Shown here: positions 14,001 to 26,563 of the stretch, in pieces
How the letters are laid out: every line of letters starts with the position of its first letter
Numbering within the stretch: the first letter of the stretch is position 1
Program-made: the position numbers and the translations under genes
NCBI RefSeq assembly: GCF_963921235.1
Contig: NC_086097.1
Span: forward strand, 49,478,001 to 49,542,000
Direction of reading: 5' to 3'
DNA from: Mobula hypostoma
Taxonomy: Eukaryota
Length of the DNA: 64,000 nt
The notes under the pieces: generated by a model
Databases searched by the model: none
What the model was told of the DNA's origin: nothing
What the model saw: only the letters and a program-made list of their open reading frames with translations

Positions 14001-14755
14001 AGGCTGATTTATACTTGTGCGTTAAATGTACGCTTTAGGTACAGCGTAGCCGTGAACCCTACGTAGTATCTACGCTGAACCCTACGCCGTAGCCTAACGC
14101 GCACCTCCCCCAAAATGTAACTACGCGTCGCGGCGACACAGACCGAAACAACTGTGATTGGTCCACTTGGTAGCATCTCATTTCCTCATACGCTGCAATA
14201 GCTTCCCATTGGGCAACTGAAGGGCAGGGAAGGAACTCTGGCCGCAATGCTTTCCATAAAGCTTTACCGACCTCCGAAATTATGGAGGACCCTGGGCTTG
14301 ACGCCAGTTTCTAGCTAGCTGCTACAGCCTGTTAACTTCCACCTGAAGCTAAAACTCGAATGGTGACTGCCAGTCTCTCAGTATACCGTGCGTACACTGA
14401 TGCAATACTAATGATTGGAGACGATGAGCCAAATCGTCAAATCTACCTGCCGACATCCGAAAATATTTGAAATGCATTTTTTCGTCCATGTCTCTCAGTG
14501 GCTGGACTAGCATAGAAAATTCACCCTCCTTCAGTTTCAGTCGCCATTGTTTGAAGTTTGAGTTTCTTCGTGTTGAGTTTCAACACGAAGAAATTCAACA
14601 CAGTGGCATAGAAACCTCACCGCCAACTAGCATTTTGGTGGTGAATTGCAGCGTGACGCAGACACACCAACGCACAAGTATAAATGCTCACAACAGCGCA
14701 GCCCACTTGCGTAGGCTTGCGGCGCAAGCTAGTACACACAGGTATAAATCAGCCT
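14001..14755. mobile_element. Non-autonomous PIF/Harbinger-type TIR element inside the Gypsy integrase
   Basis: Perfect 14-bp TIR AGGCTGATTTATAC...GTATAAATCAGCCT; TAA TSD (13998-14000 / 14756-14758). Confidence 0.9.
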
Positions 14756-16849
14756 TAAGACATTCACCAGGTTGCTAGCATCTGGCTTTATTGACAGGAA
14801 ATCCATACACACCAGGTCAAGGGGCCCCGCACTCTGCAAGTGGGACAACAGAGCAGCCCTCATAGGCAGCGTCTTCCTCCATTTGCATTGAGTGCACGTC
14901 TTGCAGTATTTTTCGACCTCTGGCTTCATTCGGGGTCAGTAAAACCAATCTCTGAGCAACCCATAGGTCTCTTCAACCCTGAAATATCCAGAATCACCAT
15001 GCAGTGACTTCAACACAATCCTCCAATACTTCTCAGGCAGAACCAGCTGGGAACGCCAAGGTCAGTCCAAAAGTGACATGACCCAGTATAGGATCTGGTT
15101 CCTCAACTCCAATCTGGGCCATTCTCTCAGTAATGGAGGCACCACAGCATGTTTCATCTTCTCCGCTTGGGCCATGTCTCCCTTTTCAACCACTGACCAA
15201 ATGGTACCAATGTCTGTGTCATCTCGCTGAGCAGCTGCCACTTCCCCGGGAGTAACTGGTTTGTCTTCAGAGCAGTCAGGTTACAGTAAACTTGTGGAAT
15301 GTTGTCATCAGAAGCTCCCGATTTATCTACCGTTTGATCCTGCCCTTGCCTTCCATCTGCCTTCGCCGTGATGGCAAACAGGCACATGGCTTTCACTCCT
15401 GGGGCGGGAACGCTCTCCCACTCTCCGTTCCTATCCAGCCCTTCATGCGCACGTCGGGACAAAGCATCAGCATCAACGTTCCTACTTCCCGGCCGGTACT
15501 TCAGGTTGAAATCATAGGCAGACAACACCGCCAACCACCGATGGCCTGTGGCATCCAATTTCACCAAGGTCAGGATATAAGTTAGGGGATTGTTATCCGC
15601 CCTCATCTCAAACTTGGCACCATAGAGGTAGTCACTCAACTTATCCACCACAGCCCATTTCAACGCCAGAAACTCCAACCTGTGCGTGGGATAGTTTTTC
15701 TCAGAGGGCAACAGACTCCGACTAATAAACACAACAGATTTCAAACCGGTGCCCTGATTCTGATACAGGACACCTCCTAAGCCCTCCCTGCTGGCATCCA
15801 TATGTAGTATATACGGTAATTGGGGGACTGCAAAAGCCAGCACAGACGTCTGGGTCAGCATCTCCTTCAGCAACTGAAAGGCCTCTTCACATTTCGCATC
15901 CCACCTCGATCCAAAAGGCTCTGAAGGGCTAAGATACTCTTTACCCTCCTCTCTGTTTGTCCTCCTCCCTTTCTTCCCCAAGGGAGGGTAACCACACAGA
16001 AGCTGATTTAAAGGGTGATTCACTTTCTCGTAGCACTTCACGAACCTTCGATAGTAACCACAGAACCCAAGGAACGAGCACAAAGCACTCACAGTCTGGG
16101 GCCTTGGCCATGTGGTCATCGCCTCGATCTTAGACAGATCTGTAGTTACTCCATCCCGTGGGACAACAAAGCTGACAGACATCTTGCAGAACTGGCACTT
16201 CTCCAGGGAAAGTTTTAACCTTCAGCTTTCAGGGGGCACAGCACCTTCAGTAGCCTCGCTTCATGTTCCTCCAAGTGGACCAAACCACTATGAGGTTATC
16301 CAGATACACCAATACCTCAAGCAAGTTCACATCCTCCACCGTTTTCTCCATGACACGCTGGAAGGTTGCAGGGGCTCCGATATGCACTGGGGCATCCTTT
16401 CGAACTGGAAGACTCCCAGTGGACATATAAATGCCGTCTTCTCTTTGTCAGTCTCACCCATGGCGATCTGATAATATCCACTCATGTCCAGCACGCTGGA
16501 CCACTTCACACCACTCAGACAGCCTAGTGCATCTTCGATCCTTGGGACCGTATACTGGTCAGGGACGGTACGCCTGTTCAGAGTCCTATAGTCCACATAC
16601 ATCCGCACCTTCCCATTTCTCTTCCTGGCCACTACAATTGGGGACGCATAGGGGTTTCTGGACCCAGTGATGAACCCAGCTTCCTTCAACTTACACAAAT
16701 GCTGCCCAACGGTCTTCTACCTCTGCAGAGGCCAGTCACCGCGATCTCTCTTGGAACAGGGTGTCCTCCGTCACCCAGATAGTGTGACAAGCGCTCTTGG
16801 AATAACCCACATCAAACTCATTAGTGGAAAAGACACCTTACAGTTTCAA

Positions 16850-16997
16850 CAGCTTAGAAAACAGCAGCTTAGGAGCTTAGAAAAATAGAGGGCTATGGGT
16901 AAGCCTAGTAATTTCTAAGTAGGGACATGTTCGGCACAACTTTGTGGGCCGAAGGGCCTGTATTGTGCTGTAGGTTTTCTATGTTTCTATGTCTCTA
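16850..16997 (+). mobile_element. CR1 extreme 3' fragment inserted in Gypsy pol
   Basis: Reverse complement match to 533-660 and 2905-3030; ends TTTCTATGTTTCTATG. Confidence 0.85.
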
Positions 16998-17939
16998 ACA
17001 TCTTCTCTATCAACCTCCTCTTCCAACCCGCAGCTACCCGGGGAGTCCCCAAAATTGGATTACTCAGAAGTCAACTTTCCCCCTTTTTCAGATAGTTTCT
17101 CCTTGGCTTGTCTCATAAGGACACTAGACATTACCATCGCAGGGAAAAGATGCACCAGGGGCATCCCCCGCTTGACGGTGACCTCCCTCTTTGTAGTGTT
17201 CCTGACAATCACTGCCATCCTGTTTGCTTGTACAACCGTGGGCTTCTACAGTTTGGGCCACACCAGTACCCCAGCAGGCACTCTCAACTCCTCTTCCTGG
17301 TCTTCCGGAACATCCACCAACAGGACCTCGCCCTCAGGCATTCCGGGAAACTTGGGGTTTCCCCATTACTCTCGCTACTTTCTACTACACGATTGCTTTG
17401 GACTGGGTGAACTCTAAACTCGTTATCTGGCCCAATGCAGGTACGCACTTCCTCAAAAGCAGCTCAAAACACCGGGTGAACGGACAATGTTTTCAGAAAG
17501 CTCTCTCCAGCTTTCTCCTTGTAGGCTCCCATGAGCCTCCTCACAAAAGGAGCGTTGGCCCCCACAAGAATTGAAACGCCTCCCTTCTCAACGAGGTCCA
17601 GACAAACTAGAGCTAATGTATCAAGGGCCTCAGCCACTCCCACATCAGCCTCTGAAAACTCCAGCTTCACTGACAAATAACCATCATATGGATAATTACC
17701 CACACTAAGACCCCAGATCTCTAGTGCATTGAATGGTGTCAATGGTAAATGCGTCAAATACTGGTTGTAAAATGAATGGTACAGCAAAGTGACTTGTGAC
17801 CCTGTGTCAAGCATGGCTCTAGCATAAATACCCTCTATCTGTTGCGACACACTGGAGCTTGGCCCCACTAAGCCTTCAGGAATATGGTTTTTTTCTTTAG
17901 GGTGTTCCTTGATATATTGCTGGGAATGTGTTCCCCCTG

Positions 17940-19402
17940 AAACCCAGGCCATCCCCTCACTGGGTCTGTTTTAAGTTTTCCCAACAACTCTCTCTGCTTA
18001 GGTACCCGGGGGCTCACTCTCTGAGGGGTTTCCCATCGTTCACACTTCCACCTGAAGTGTCCTTCTTCACCACAGTTAAAACAGACAATACGGGCAGCTC
18101 CCCTTCTCGTGTGACACTGGCTGCTAGCAGCCCTCCACATAGTCCGTCCCTTTTAAAGGATCCGCCTCCCTATCAGCTCCATCATCTGGGGGGGGGGGGC
18201 GCCACACCCACCGATAACAACCGGGACACCTCAGTTCTCAACTCTGCCACAATCTCCTCTACCACTCCCCGGGGAAGGCTATCCGTGGTCACTTCACTGC
18301 AGTGGACCGCCACAGAGGACTTTACCCTACTGACGGAGGCCTCTCACACCTCCAACGCATTCTCCTCCTCTCGTACTTCTCTGATCAGCTCAACAGATGG
18401 GGGGGGCACGTCTTACGACAGTTGGAGACCCCAAACGATCAGATTCTGGGACTGGGCGCCTTTTGCTATTTGGTCCATCCTTAACTGATCCACCTCAGCC
18501 ATCTGAATGGCCCCTCTGCGCCACAAGCAACTTAGCTGCCTCTCTAGCCGAAAGATGTAGGCAGAAAGCTTCTCCCCCTTCTCTTGACACATGTTCTGAA
18601 ACCCCGTCATGAGCTCCATTGGGCTTCCCGTTGCACCAAACACCTTCTCTGGTGCTTGCATGTAGGCTGCAGAAGTGGCAAGGGGGTTCTGCGCCTTTAC
18701 GGCTCTCACTACGTCAGCAGCCCGCCCCCTCAAACTTTCAACCAATCGCTGTTGTTTTACATTATCAGAGCACTGTCACTTATCCATCTAACAACTGAGA
18801 GGTCTGCTCCACCCAAGTCTCATACTCCTCTTCCTCTTTAGGGGTGGGCTTCATTCCTGAGAACAGGCAGAGCCTATGATAGCTGGGACTTTGAACCTGG
18901 GCACTTTTCCATTTATTCATCAGAGAGGAAAGTGCGGACACTAACTCAGAATTCTCACTCTTCACTGGGGGACGAGGACTCAGTAGACATTCCAAATCAG
19001 ACCACTCCTTCCCCTCGGGAAGCAGAAACAAGAGAACCCTGTCTTTGAAGTCACCGCCCCCAGCTACGGGAGACTTGACTTGCGATTCCACCCGCTTACC
19101 TACACTCTCCACCTCCCGGAAAGTGTGGACAATCCACGGCCCCCCTCTCCTGGGGCCCCAATAGTACCAGGCAGTTCCATTGCCATAACACCAAAACATC
19201 ACCGGTAGTCTGAACTAAAACAAAGTCTATGCCCGCCATTTTATCAAATCTCTAACTGACAATCATAACTTTGCCTACAGCTTTAACAGTACTTAAAAGT
19301 CAAATAAACAATTCATCAGGAGTATGAATATCTACCCCACTCAACATTCGTTACCAGTAACCCCGTGGATGCACACCACTGCTCAACCCCAGCAGCATCC
19401 GT
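17940..19402 (-). pseudogene. Gypsy gag (PNMA-family capsid plus CCHC zinc knuckle), frameshifted
   Basis: YHRLCLFSGMKPTPKEEEEYETWVEQ; VESLRGRAADVV...NPLATSAAYM...KVFG...QEKGEKLSAYIFRLE; CFNCGEEGHFRWKC. Confidence 0.88.
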
Positions 19403-19473
19403 ACTAGCAGAGACTTAAACACACAACCCACTGGTTCAATGTTCAGGCAATCACACAGCATCCAATGAAATCA

Positions 19474-19493
19474 ATCCCGGAATAATACCCCCA
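19474..19493 (-). other. Degenerate tRNA-Pro primer-binding site
   Basis: Minus strand TGGGGGTATTATTCCGGGAT versus canonical Pro PBS TGGGGGCTCGTCCGGGAT, a few nt inside the 5' LTR. Confidence 0.65.
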
Positions 19494-19497
19494 CAAT

Positions 19498-20232
19498 TAT
19501 AACCCTCAGGTTCGGCCAGCGGCATTAGTCTAGGGAAGACAGTCTCTGGCCCCACCAAACTTGTGAAATCTGAGGTGCAAAACCTCTTGCTTGTGTGGAT
19601 GCTCTGTGATTGGTTCCCCCATTATAAATCAATACCACGAAATAACAGATAGTACACCATATGCAATTAAACGATTAAGCTTTATAATTCTTAATTTGAC
19701 AAAAGGGTTAGTAAAGTAAAACAAAAAGAAGAGGAGCAACACACATAAAAGTTGCTGGTGAACGCAGCAGGCCAGGCAGCACCTCTTCCTAGAGATGCTG
19801 CCTGGCCTGCTGCGTTCACCAGCAACTTTTATGTGTGTTGCTTGAATTTCCAGCATCTGCAGAATTCCTGTTGTTTACAAAAAGAAGAGGGCCCATTTTA
19901 ATGAAACAGTCTAATGTGCACATGTTGGAGCTCACGGTTTCCCTTCTGTTGGTCCTCCATCGATTTCCTCGGGCTTCTTTGACTCTCGGCTTCACTCCAA
20001 GTCCACTCTGTCCTGCTGGCTATGACATCTCCTTTTCAGACCTCTTCTCTTTTCATCTCTCAGCAAACAAAAGACCCAGATCACCTCATTTTTAGGCACA
20101 CAACAAAAAACAACACTTCCTTCATTGGATGGCGCACATGCCAAAGGTCCCGTTATCTCTAGCCATAACCCAAACATTGCTGCTACAGAAAAACCACTAC
20201 ATTAGCAGTGAAACCTGCCCCAGAGTGTTACA
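19498..20232 (-). repeat. 5' LTR of the PNMA-type Gypsy (interrupted by a Penelope-like insert)
   Basis: Colinear with 12548-13113 apart from the insert at 19735-19876; adjacent to the PBS. Confidence 0.92.
19735..19876 (+). mobile_element. Penelope-like foldback mini-insertion in the LTR
   Basis: Perfect 47-bp inverted arms (19735-19781 / 19796-19842) plus 34-nt tail; 14-bp TSD ACAAAAAGAAGAGG; the empty site is visible in the other LTR near 12756-12769. Confidence 0.92.
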
Positions 20233-20757
20233 TTTGTAAAAAATATATCGAAATCAGAATCAGAATCAAAACCAGGTCTAATATCACTAGCATATATTGT
20301 GAAATTCATTGTTTTGCGGCAGCAAAACGTTACAATATGTAATAAAAACTATAAGTTACAGTAAGAAATATGTATTTATTAAAAATTAAGTTAAATAAGT
20401 AGTGCAGAAAGAGAAGAAAATAACTGAGGTAGTGTTTAAGGATCAATGTCCATTCAGAAATCTGACAGCAGAGAAGAAGAAACTTCTTGAAACATTGACT
20501 GTGTGTCTTCAGGCACACAGTTAATTCTTCAAAGTGCATATAAATCTTGAATTGCATGATAAATTTTAGTGACTGCTAAACAATTCTCTGGCACTGATTA
20601 CTTTTTAATTTTTCTTTTTGATTTTTTTTATTTTTGCTTCCTAATTCCAATAGCTATCCCTCTCATTATTTGGTTTCTTCGATTTGATTTTACATAGATT
20701 TACATTGTAGGTTTTCACAAATAAAAAAGGCAGAGGCATTTTATGTTTAAGAAAAAC

Positions 20758-22845
20758 TGTAGCAACTCATTTATTATACCCCAAAACCCTGAACACAAAG
20801 TGCAGTAAAAGTCCTTTATGTAATTACATCATCATGTCAGACCAGTCTCTTAAAATGAACCCCAACTTAATGTCAGCGGTTGTTAATTATGTATGTTTCC
20901 ACCAATTACATTAACCAATACAGCCCCCCACCCCAGAATTCACTAAAACAAAGCACTGTGAGCCTGCCAGGAGCCCAGATGAGCTGCTTGGCTCGGGTTC
21001 TATGTTCCATGGGTGGAGGAACAGCTGAGTCCAGAAGTGTGTTGACACTGTCACGGTCTTGTCGTGACGACAGGCGCGTGGTGATGGAATCCTTCAAATC
21101 CTGGTGGGCTGGTTTAAACTGATCTACTGAAATACATTCAGGTTTACCCCTCTTATCTATGACAAAAGACTTTTCTCTCCATTCCAAAATGCAGAAGGGG
21201 CCATCATAAAGGGCCCAAGGGGATGTTGGTGTGCATCATGGCAGATGAAAAAAAACGATGCGGAATGTAGCTCAATAGGAATCCAAGAGTGTTGCACGCC
21301 ATGATGGGAGGTAGGAATAGGTGCAAAGGAATTTAATTTACAGGAGGGTGGAATTCTACTGAGAGGCTGAATTTAATATTGCTACCTCTATCCATCTCGG
21401 AGTCTCCGATGAGGGCTGGCTCATGGACCTCTGGTTTGCTCCTTGAACTTGTTGACACTGAGTAAGAAAGAGGTTGTTGTTTTGACACCATTCAGCCAGA
21501 TTTTCAATCTCCCTCCTATATGCTGATTCATCAACATTTTTGACCATAAGACTATAAGAAATAGGAGCAGAAATAGACCATTTGGCCCATTGAGTCTGTT
21601 CTACCATTTCATCATGGCTGCTCCATTTCCCTCTCATCTCCTGCCTTCTCCCTGTATCCCTTCGTACCCCAACTAACCAAGAATCTATCAACCTCTGACT
21701 TAAATATACCCAACTAGTTCCACCAATTCATCAGTCTCTGGCTAAAGAAATTTCTCCTTTTCTCCATTTTAAATAGATGCCCCTCTATTCTGAGGCTGTG
21801 TCCTCTGGTCTTAGACTTCTCCCCATCATAGGAAACATCCTCTCCATATCCACTCTATCGAGGCCTTTCAACATTCAGCTTACTGTAGTGGTGTCAGGAA
21901 TAAAATCAACTGGCATTTATAACAGCTGCCCGTATACCAAGTCAGCCGATCCTCTTTAGCAGCTGTTCTGAGCCCAAGCAGGACCCACAAGAGATGATCA
22001 TGCCACTCATCTGCCCTCCTTTAAGGAGCAGGGATACCGCTCGCATAGGCCATTGGACTATGGGTGATACGCAGTGGTGTGATGTAGCCTAACACCGAGG
22101 TTCTGGTCCACTGCAGCCCAGAGGTCTGATATGAATTGGGGACCACAGTCAGAGGAGATAATAGATGGCGTGCCAAACCAAGCAACCCAGCTGCTGATAA
22201 ATGCCCAAGCCACGTCTTGGCCATTATCAATGCTAGAGGGATGACATCTGGCCACTTGGTAGGAAGGTGCCTACAACCACAAAAGGAGAGAAGAGGACGA
22301 CATTGACATGATTAAACCTTTGTTCAGGGTTCTCAAAAGGTGCCAAAGGCACTTGAACATAAGAATTAATTTTTGCCCGCTGGCACTCCACACAGGCTGC
22401 AGTCTAATCATGCACGTCCTTACTAAGGCCGTACCACACAAACTTTATTGCAGCCAGTTTCTGTAACGCCTTCTGGCCGGGATGTGAGAGACCATGTATG
22501 GAGTTAAAAACAGTCAGCCTCCAGTTTTCTGGCACTACAGAGTGAGGGTGACAGGCTGAGACATCACACAGGAGAGAAACCCCAGCATCCCCGAACTTAA
22601 CGTCAGCCAACTGCAGGCCCTTTACCACTGCTCAACAGTACTGCTACTGCTGCTTGACAGCCAGATAGAGACTGAGAAGCTCATGGTCAAACATGTTGTA
22701 CTTCCTTTTGGAGGGACGGAGCTGCTGGCAAGCAACTACCACATGCTTCCAATCAACTGTTCATGCACAGCACCCACAGGATAGTCTGGGCATCAGTAGT
22801 GATGGCTATGGGTGTGTTGGGGAGTGTGTGCGCCAGTAGGGTTGA
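20758..22845 (-). mobile_element. Third Gypsy family: 3' remnant (RNase H/integrase fragments, PPT, short LTR ~20758-20922), with nested LINE pieces
   Basis: VVPENWRLTVFNSIHGLSHPG...KFVWYGL; WVAWFGTPSIISSDCGPQFIS...HHTTAYHP; ISVDQFKPAH; G-rich tract next to a TGT...ACA segment. Confidence 0.75.
21360..21875 (-). mobile_element. Rex1-type fragment with a nested CR1 3' end
   Basis: DESAYRREIENLAEWCQNNNLFL (Rex1-type RT); CR1 3' UTR at ~21545-21875. Confidence 0.65.
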
Positions 22846-22949
22846 TCTTCCAATCAACTGAAATCACCCAGACTAAATCACTGTAGAACTCTCACATCAA
22901 TCTTCCAAAGAAAGTGCACATACTACACACTTCTCAGATTTAGAACCTC

Positions 22950-23870
22950 ATGAATCTACAGAACAGTATCATAGATAGTTTCCCTTTGTACTGCTGAGAA
23001 ATCAGGCCTTCTGAGCTACCTCATCCATACCAACCACAATAGCTATGTAGCTTAACCCTATTTGCCTATGTTAGGCCTGAGTCCTTTAGATCTTTTCTAT
23101 TCAAGTACCTGTCCAACTATCTTCCAAAAGTTGTGATTGTATCTGTCTCTACTAACTCCTCTGGCAGCTTGTTCCAAATAACTATAAGTCATAGGAGCAG
23201 AATTAGGCCACTTGGCCCATCGAGTCTGCTCCACCATTCCACCATTGCTAATTTATTATCCCTCTCAATTCTATTCTGCTGCCTTCTCCCTGCAATCTTT
23301 GACATCCTGAAGAACTTCCACTTTAAATATACTCAATGACTTAGCCTCCACAGCCATCTGTCGCACTGAAATCCACAAATTCACTACCCTCTGGCTAAAG
23401 AAATTCCTCCTCTGCTCTAAATGGACATCCCTCTATTCTGAGGCTGTGCCCTCCGTTCCTAGACTGGTCCACTATGGAAACTTCCTCCCCACATCCACAC
23501 CATCCAGACCTTTCAATATTTTATAGGTTTCAATGAGATCCCCCTCAGTCAACTAAACTCCAGCGAGTACAGGGCCAGTGCCATCAAGCACTTCTAATAA
23601 ACACATTAACCCTTTCATTTCATAACCCTCATATCTTCCTATCACCCCCTATGTAAAAAAATTAACACAGAGATTGTCATTACGTTTCTCCCCTCTAACC
23701 TTAAAGCTATGCCTTCTAGTTCTGGATTCCCCCACCCTATGTAAAATACTATATATCCTATGTGTGCCTTCCATAATTTTATAAATCTCCATATAATGTC
23801 ATCCCTCCGCATCTTATATTCCACTGAGAATAAACCCAGCCCCTCCAATCTATCCTTATAACTATAAGCT
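22950..23870 (-). mobile_element. Cluster of nested CR1 3' fragments
   Basis: Repeated CR1 3'-end motifs (GLGLFSVE...RRDDII; CCCTCTGGCTAAAGAAATTCC). Confidence 0.65.
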
Positions 23871-25039
23871 TCACGTTCAAGTACTAACAGTCACACATAG
23901 CACACAGCACATATAACACTTAACACATACAAGTATGATAACAGAAAACATACAGTTACAAAAAACTAATATAAAACATAATATTGCTCAAGTCCCTAAA
24001 TGTCATGGCCCATAGATTGATGGTACATGGTTGCTGTCCTGGAGCCACGTTTCTACAAGAACAAACCTGCAGCAGTCCTCACCTCACCCTAGTACAGCCT
24101 CAGATGAACACAATCCAGCTTGTCTTCCACTGAGTGAATTTTGGAGGGCAACATATATGGGAGGGTCCAACCCACAACCCAGTGCAGAACCTACTGGCAC
24201 ACAGCCAACTCTGGTGTCTCCTGCCCAGGTGGCAGCAACAGGTGACCCTGAGGCATGAGGGCCTGGTCAGCATCACAACTAAGGCCGCTTAGCTCCCTCA
24301 TTGTCGGTCATGCCAAAGAACCAGTGAATCAGAATCACAGTATTCTACTTTATCAATCTCCAAGAGCATCTTTTGATTACACCATAAACATCCAAGACAA
24401 TCACTTGCACTGTCCATTGGAAAGTGCATCACCTCCACACATCGCCTGCATTGCCTTCTTCCCTGAGTGGTTGAAGCACGCCACGACACGGTACAAAACA
24501 AGTTCAGCTCCACCGCTAGCAAGCAACTCACTAGCGGAATAGACCTGAGTACCTGCTGTTTTAACATCCTGCAGTAAAAGATGGAAAGGATGAACAACCA
24601 CATCTTTGTTTGGACCCAGAGAGTTCACTGTGTCTGAGCACACCATCATCTTACTAGAAAACAGGGAGGTGATACCACAGTGATATTATCACTGGATTAA
24701 TAATCTCGATAACTAGGACAAAGTCCTGTTGAGAATGATATCTGCTATCCTTACTGGTCTGGCCTACGCATGATTCCATATGCACCGTAATGTAGATGAC
24801 TCTTAACTGCCCTCTAAAATGGCCCAGCAAGCCACTTGGTTGTAATAAACTACTAAAAAACCACAAAGAAACAAAACTGGATGTATCACCCAGACTTGAA
24901 GTAGACACCAGAAACAACCATGGCAAAAACTGCCCTGTTGGCCCTATAAGGTTCTTCTTACCAATATTTGTAGGCTTGTGCCAAAATTGGATGAGCTATC
25001 TCATAGATTAGTCAAGCAGTAGCTTGACATACATTCAGA

Positions 25040-25530
25040 GAGTTCCAGAGAAGTATAGGACAGAAACAACCCTTTGGCCCATCTACTCCATGCCAAAACC
25101 ATTTAACTGCCTATTCCCAATGACCTGCACCGGGACCATAGCCTTCCATATCTCTACTATCCACGTACCTATCCAAGCTTCTCTTAAACATTGAAATCGA
25201 GCTCACATGCACCAAGTGCACTGGCAGCTCATTCCACACTCTCATGACCCTCTGAGTGAAGAAGTTTTCCCTCATGTTCCCCTTAAACTTTTCACCGTTC
25301 ACCCTTAAAGTCATGACCTCTGGTTGTGGTCCCACTCAACCTCAATGGAAAAAGCCTGCTTGCATGTACCCTTTATAATTTATAATTTTGTATACCTCTA
25401 TCAAATTTTCTCTGTCTTCTACAGTCTAACCTCTTCAATCTTTCCTTATAATTCAGCTCCTCCAATTCCAACAACATCCTTGTAAATTCCAACAACATCC
25501 AAAACTGCACACAATACTCCAAATTCCTTT
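25040..25530 (-). mobile_element. CR1 LINE 3' fragment
   Basis: NFFTQRVMRVWNELP; LEYCVQFW; same family as 54265-54870. Confidence 0.8.
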
Positions 25531-26299
25531 TCAACTGATGAATCAAAACTATTCCATGTGGAAGTACTGAGAGTGGCAAAAGCACAGAAAATACTCTGTG
25601 TGGGACAGTCCAATATCCCTCATGAAAGGTGGCCTGAGCCAATTCAACTTCTCAAGCCTCTTTTAATTAAGCAAAGACAAACACATTCCAGGTTGCTTGT
25701 CCACTGTGTCAATTAGACTCAAAACTGGAACAGAAACCAATAGAACTTCTTTGGTCTTCAACTGTGATTATTGATTATAAAATATAGGCAGAAAGCAAAA
25801 TGAAATAATTTTGTAAGATTGACTAAGAACGTCTAAAAGAAACATAACTCTAGTCAGTTTTTGATAGATATTGAAGTATGCAGCTAAATAAAAGGCAATA
25901 ATGTCAAATGATAAACTTCTACATTATTATCCACATCCATTTCTGACTAACTCCATATATTAATAGAAAGACAACTAATAAAATTTAAACAAACATACCT
26001 TAATAATATTGTGTATGGCTGCATTAAACATTGCAAAAAACACTGTATCTCCTTAGAAGTCCTTTATGTATCTGCCTTTAACTAGCACTTAGTCTACACA
26101 ACTTGAAGTCATAATATTCAACTTGTCGGTTTGGCCTGAAAAGACATGTCCTAGCTATTTGTTTGACATCAAAAATCTGAATTTCATCTTGATTACTTGC
26201 CCTTTTTCCAAGTAGAGCATGAACATACGGCATATGTTCAGCATAGTAAGGTCACCTCAAAGTCTGTTTATTTAAATCGCTAATTAACAGAATGCATGA

Positions 26300-26563
26300 G
26301 AGATAGGAAAGGAAAGGTACATCGCATCCGGAGGTTCTCCGGTTAGCAGACGATTTCCCTCCACGCCTCTCTGACGTAGTGGGGAATCGTGTACGAGGCA
26401 AGTTACAGCAGTGGTTTGCCATTGCCTTCTGCCAGGTGAGTTTCCAAACAGATCACCAGCTCGTAACCCAGCACGATAGGAAGCGTGCAGGGGAGCCGGC
26501 TGGCTGGATTTGAACCTGGGACCTTTCGTCCCGAAGTCCAAGGCTGATGCCACTACACCACCA
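26300..26563 (-). mobile_element. tRNA-derived SINE
   Basis: Minus strand GGTGGTGTAGTGG (A box) ... GGTTCAAATCC (B box); CpG-retaining body; (CTTTC)-type tail. Confidence 0.75.

Larger units (their letters stand above)
13140..17900 (-). pseudogene. Gypsy pol (protease, RT, RNase H, integrase), disrupted
   Basis: AMLDTGSQVT; SRNPYASPIVVARKRNGKVRMYVDYRTLN; SFLGFCGYYRRF; LHMDASREGLGGVLYQ...LEFLALKWAV; CKTCTQC...DLVCMDFLSI; STGYLPYYLMFGRQARLPID. Confidence 0.92.
12548..20232 (-). mobile_element. Full-length, decayed Ty3/Gypsy LTR retrotransposon with PNMA-like Gag
   Basis: LTRs 12548-13113 and 19498-20232 with outer TG...CA ends; 4-bp TSD TTTG (12544-12547 / 20233-20236); PPT ~13113-13126; order gag-CCHC-PR(LDTGS)-RT-RNaseH-IN on the minus strand. 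Confidence 0.95.

Noticed and set aside
26490..26563. tRNA-like A/B boxes (also ~11910-11980 and ~60600-60665)
   Set aside because: No complete cloverleaf or terminator; they continue into SINE bodies
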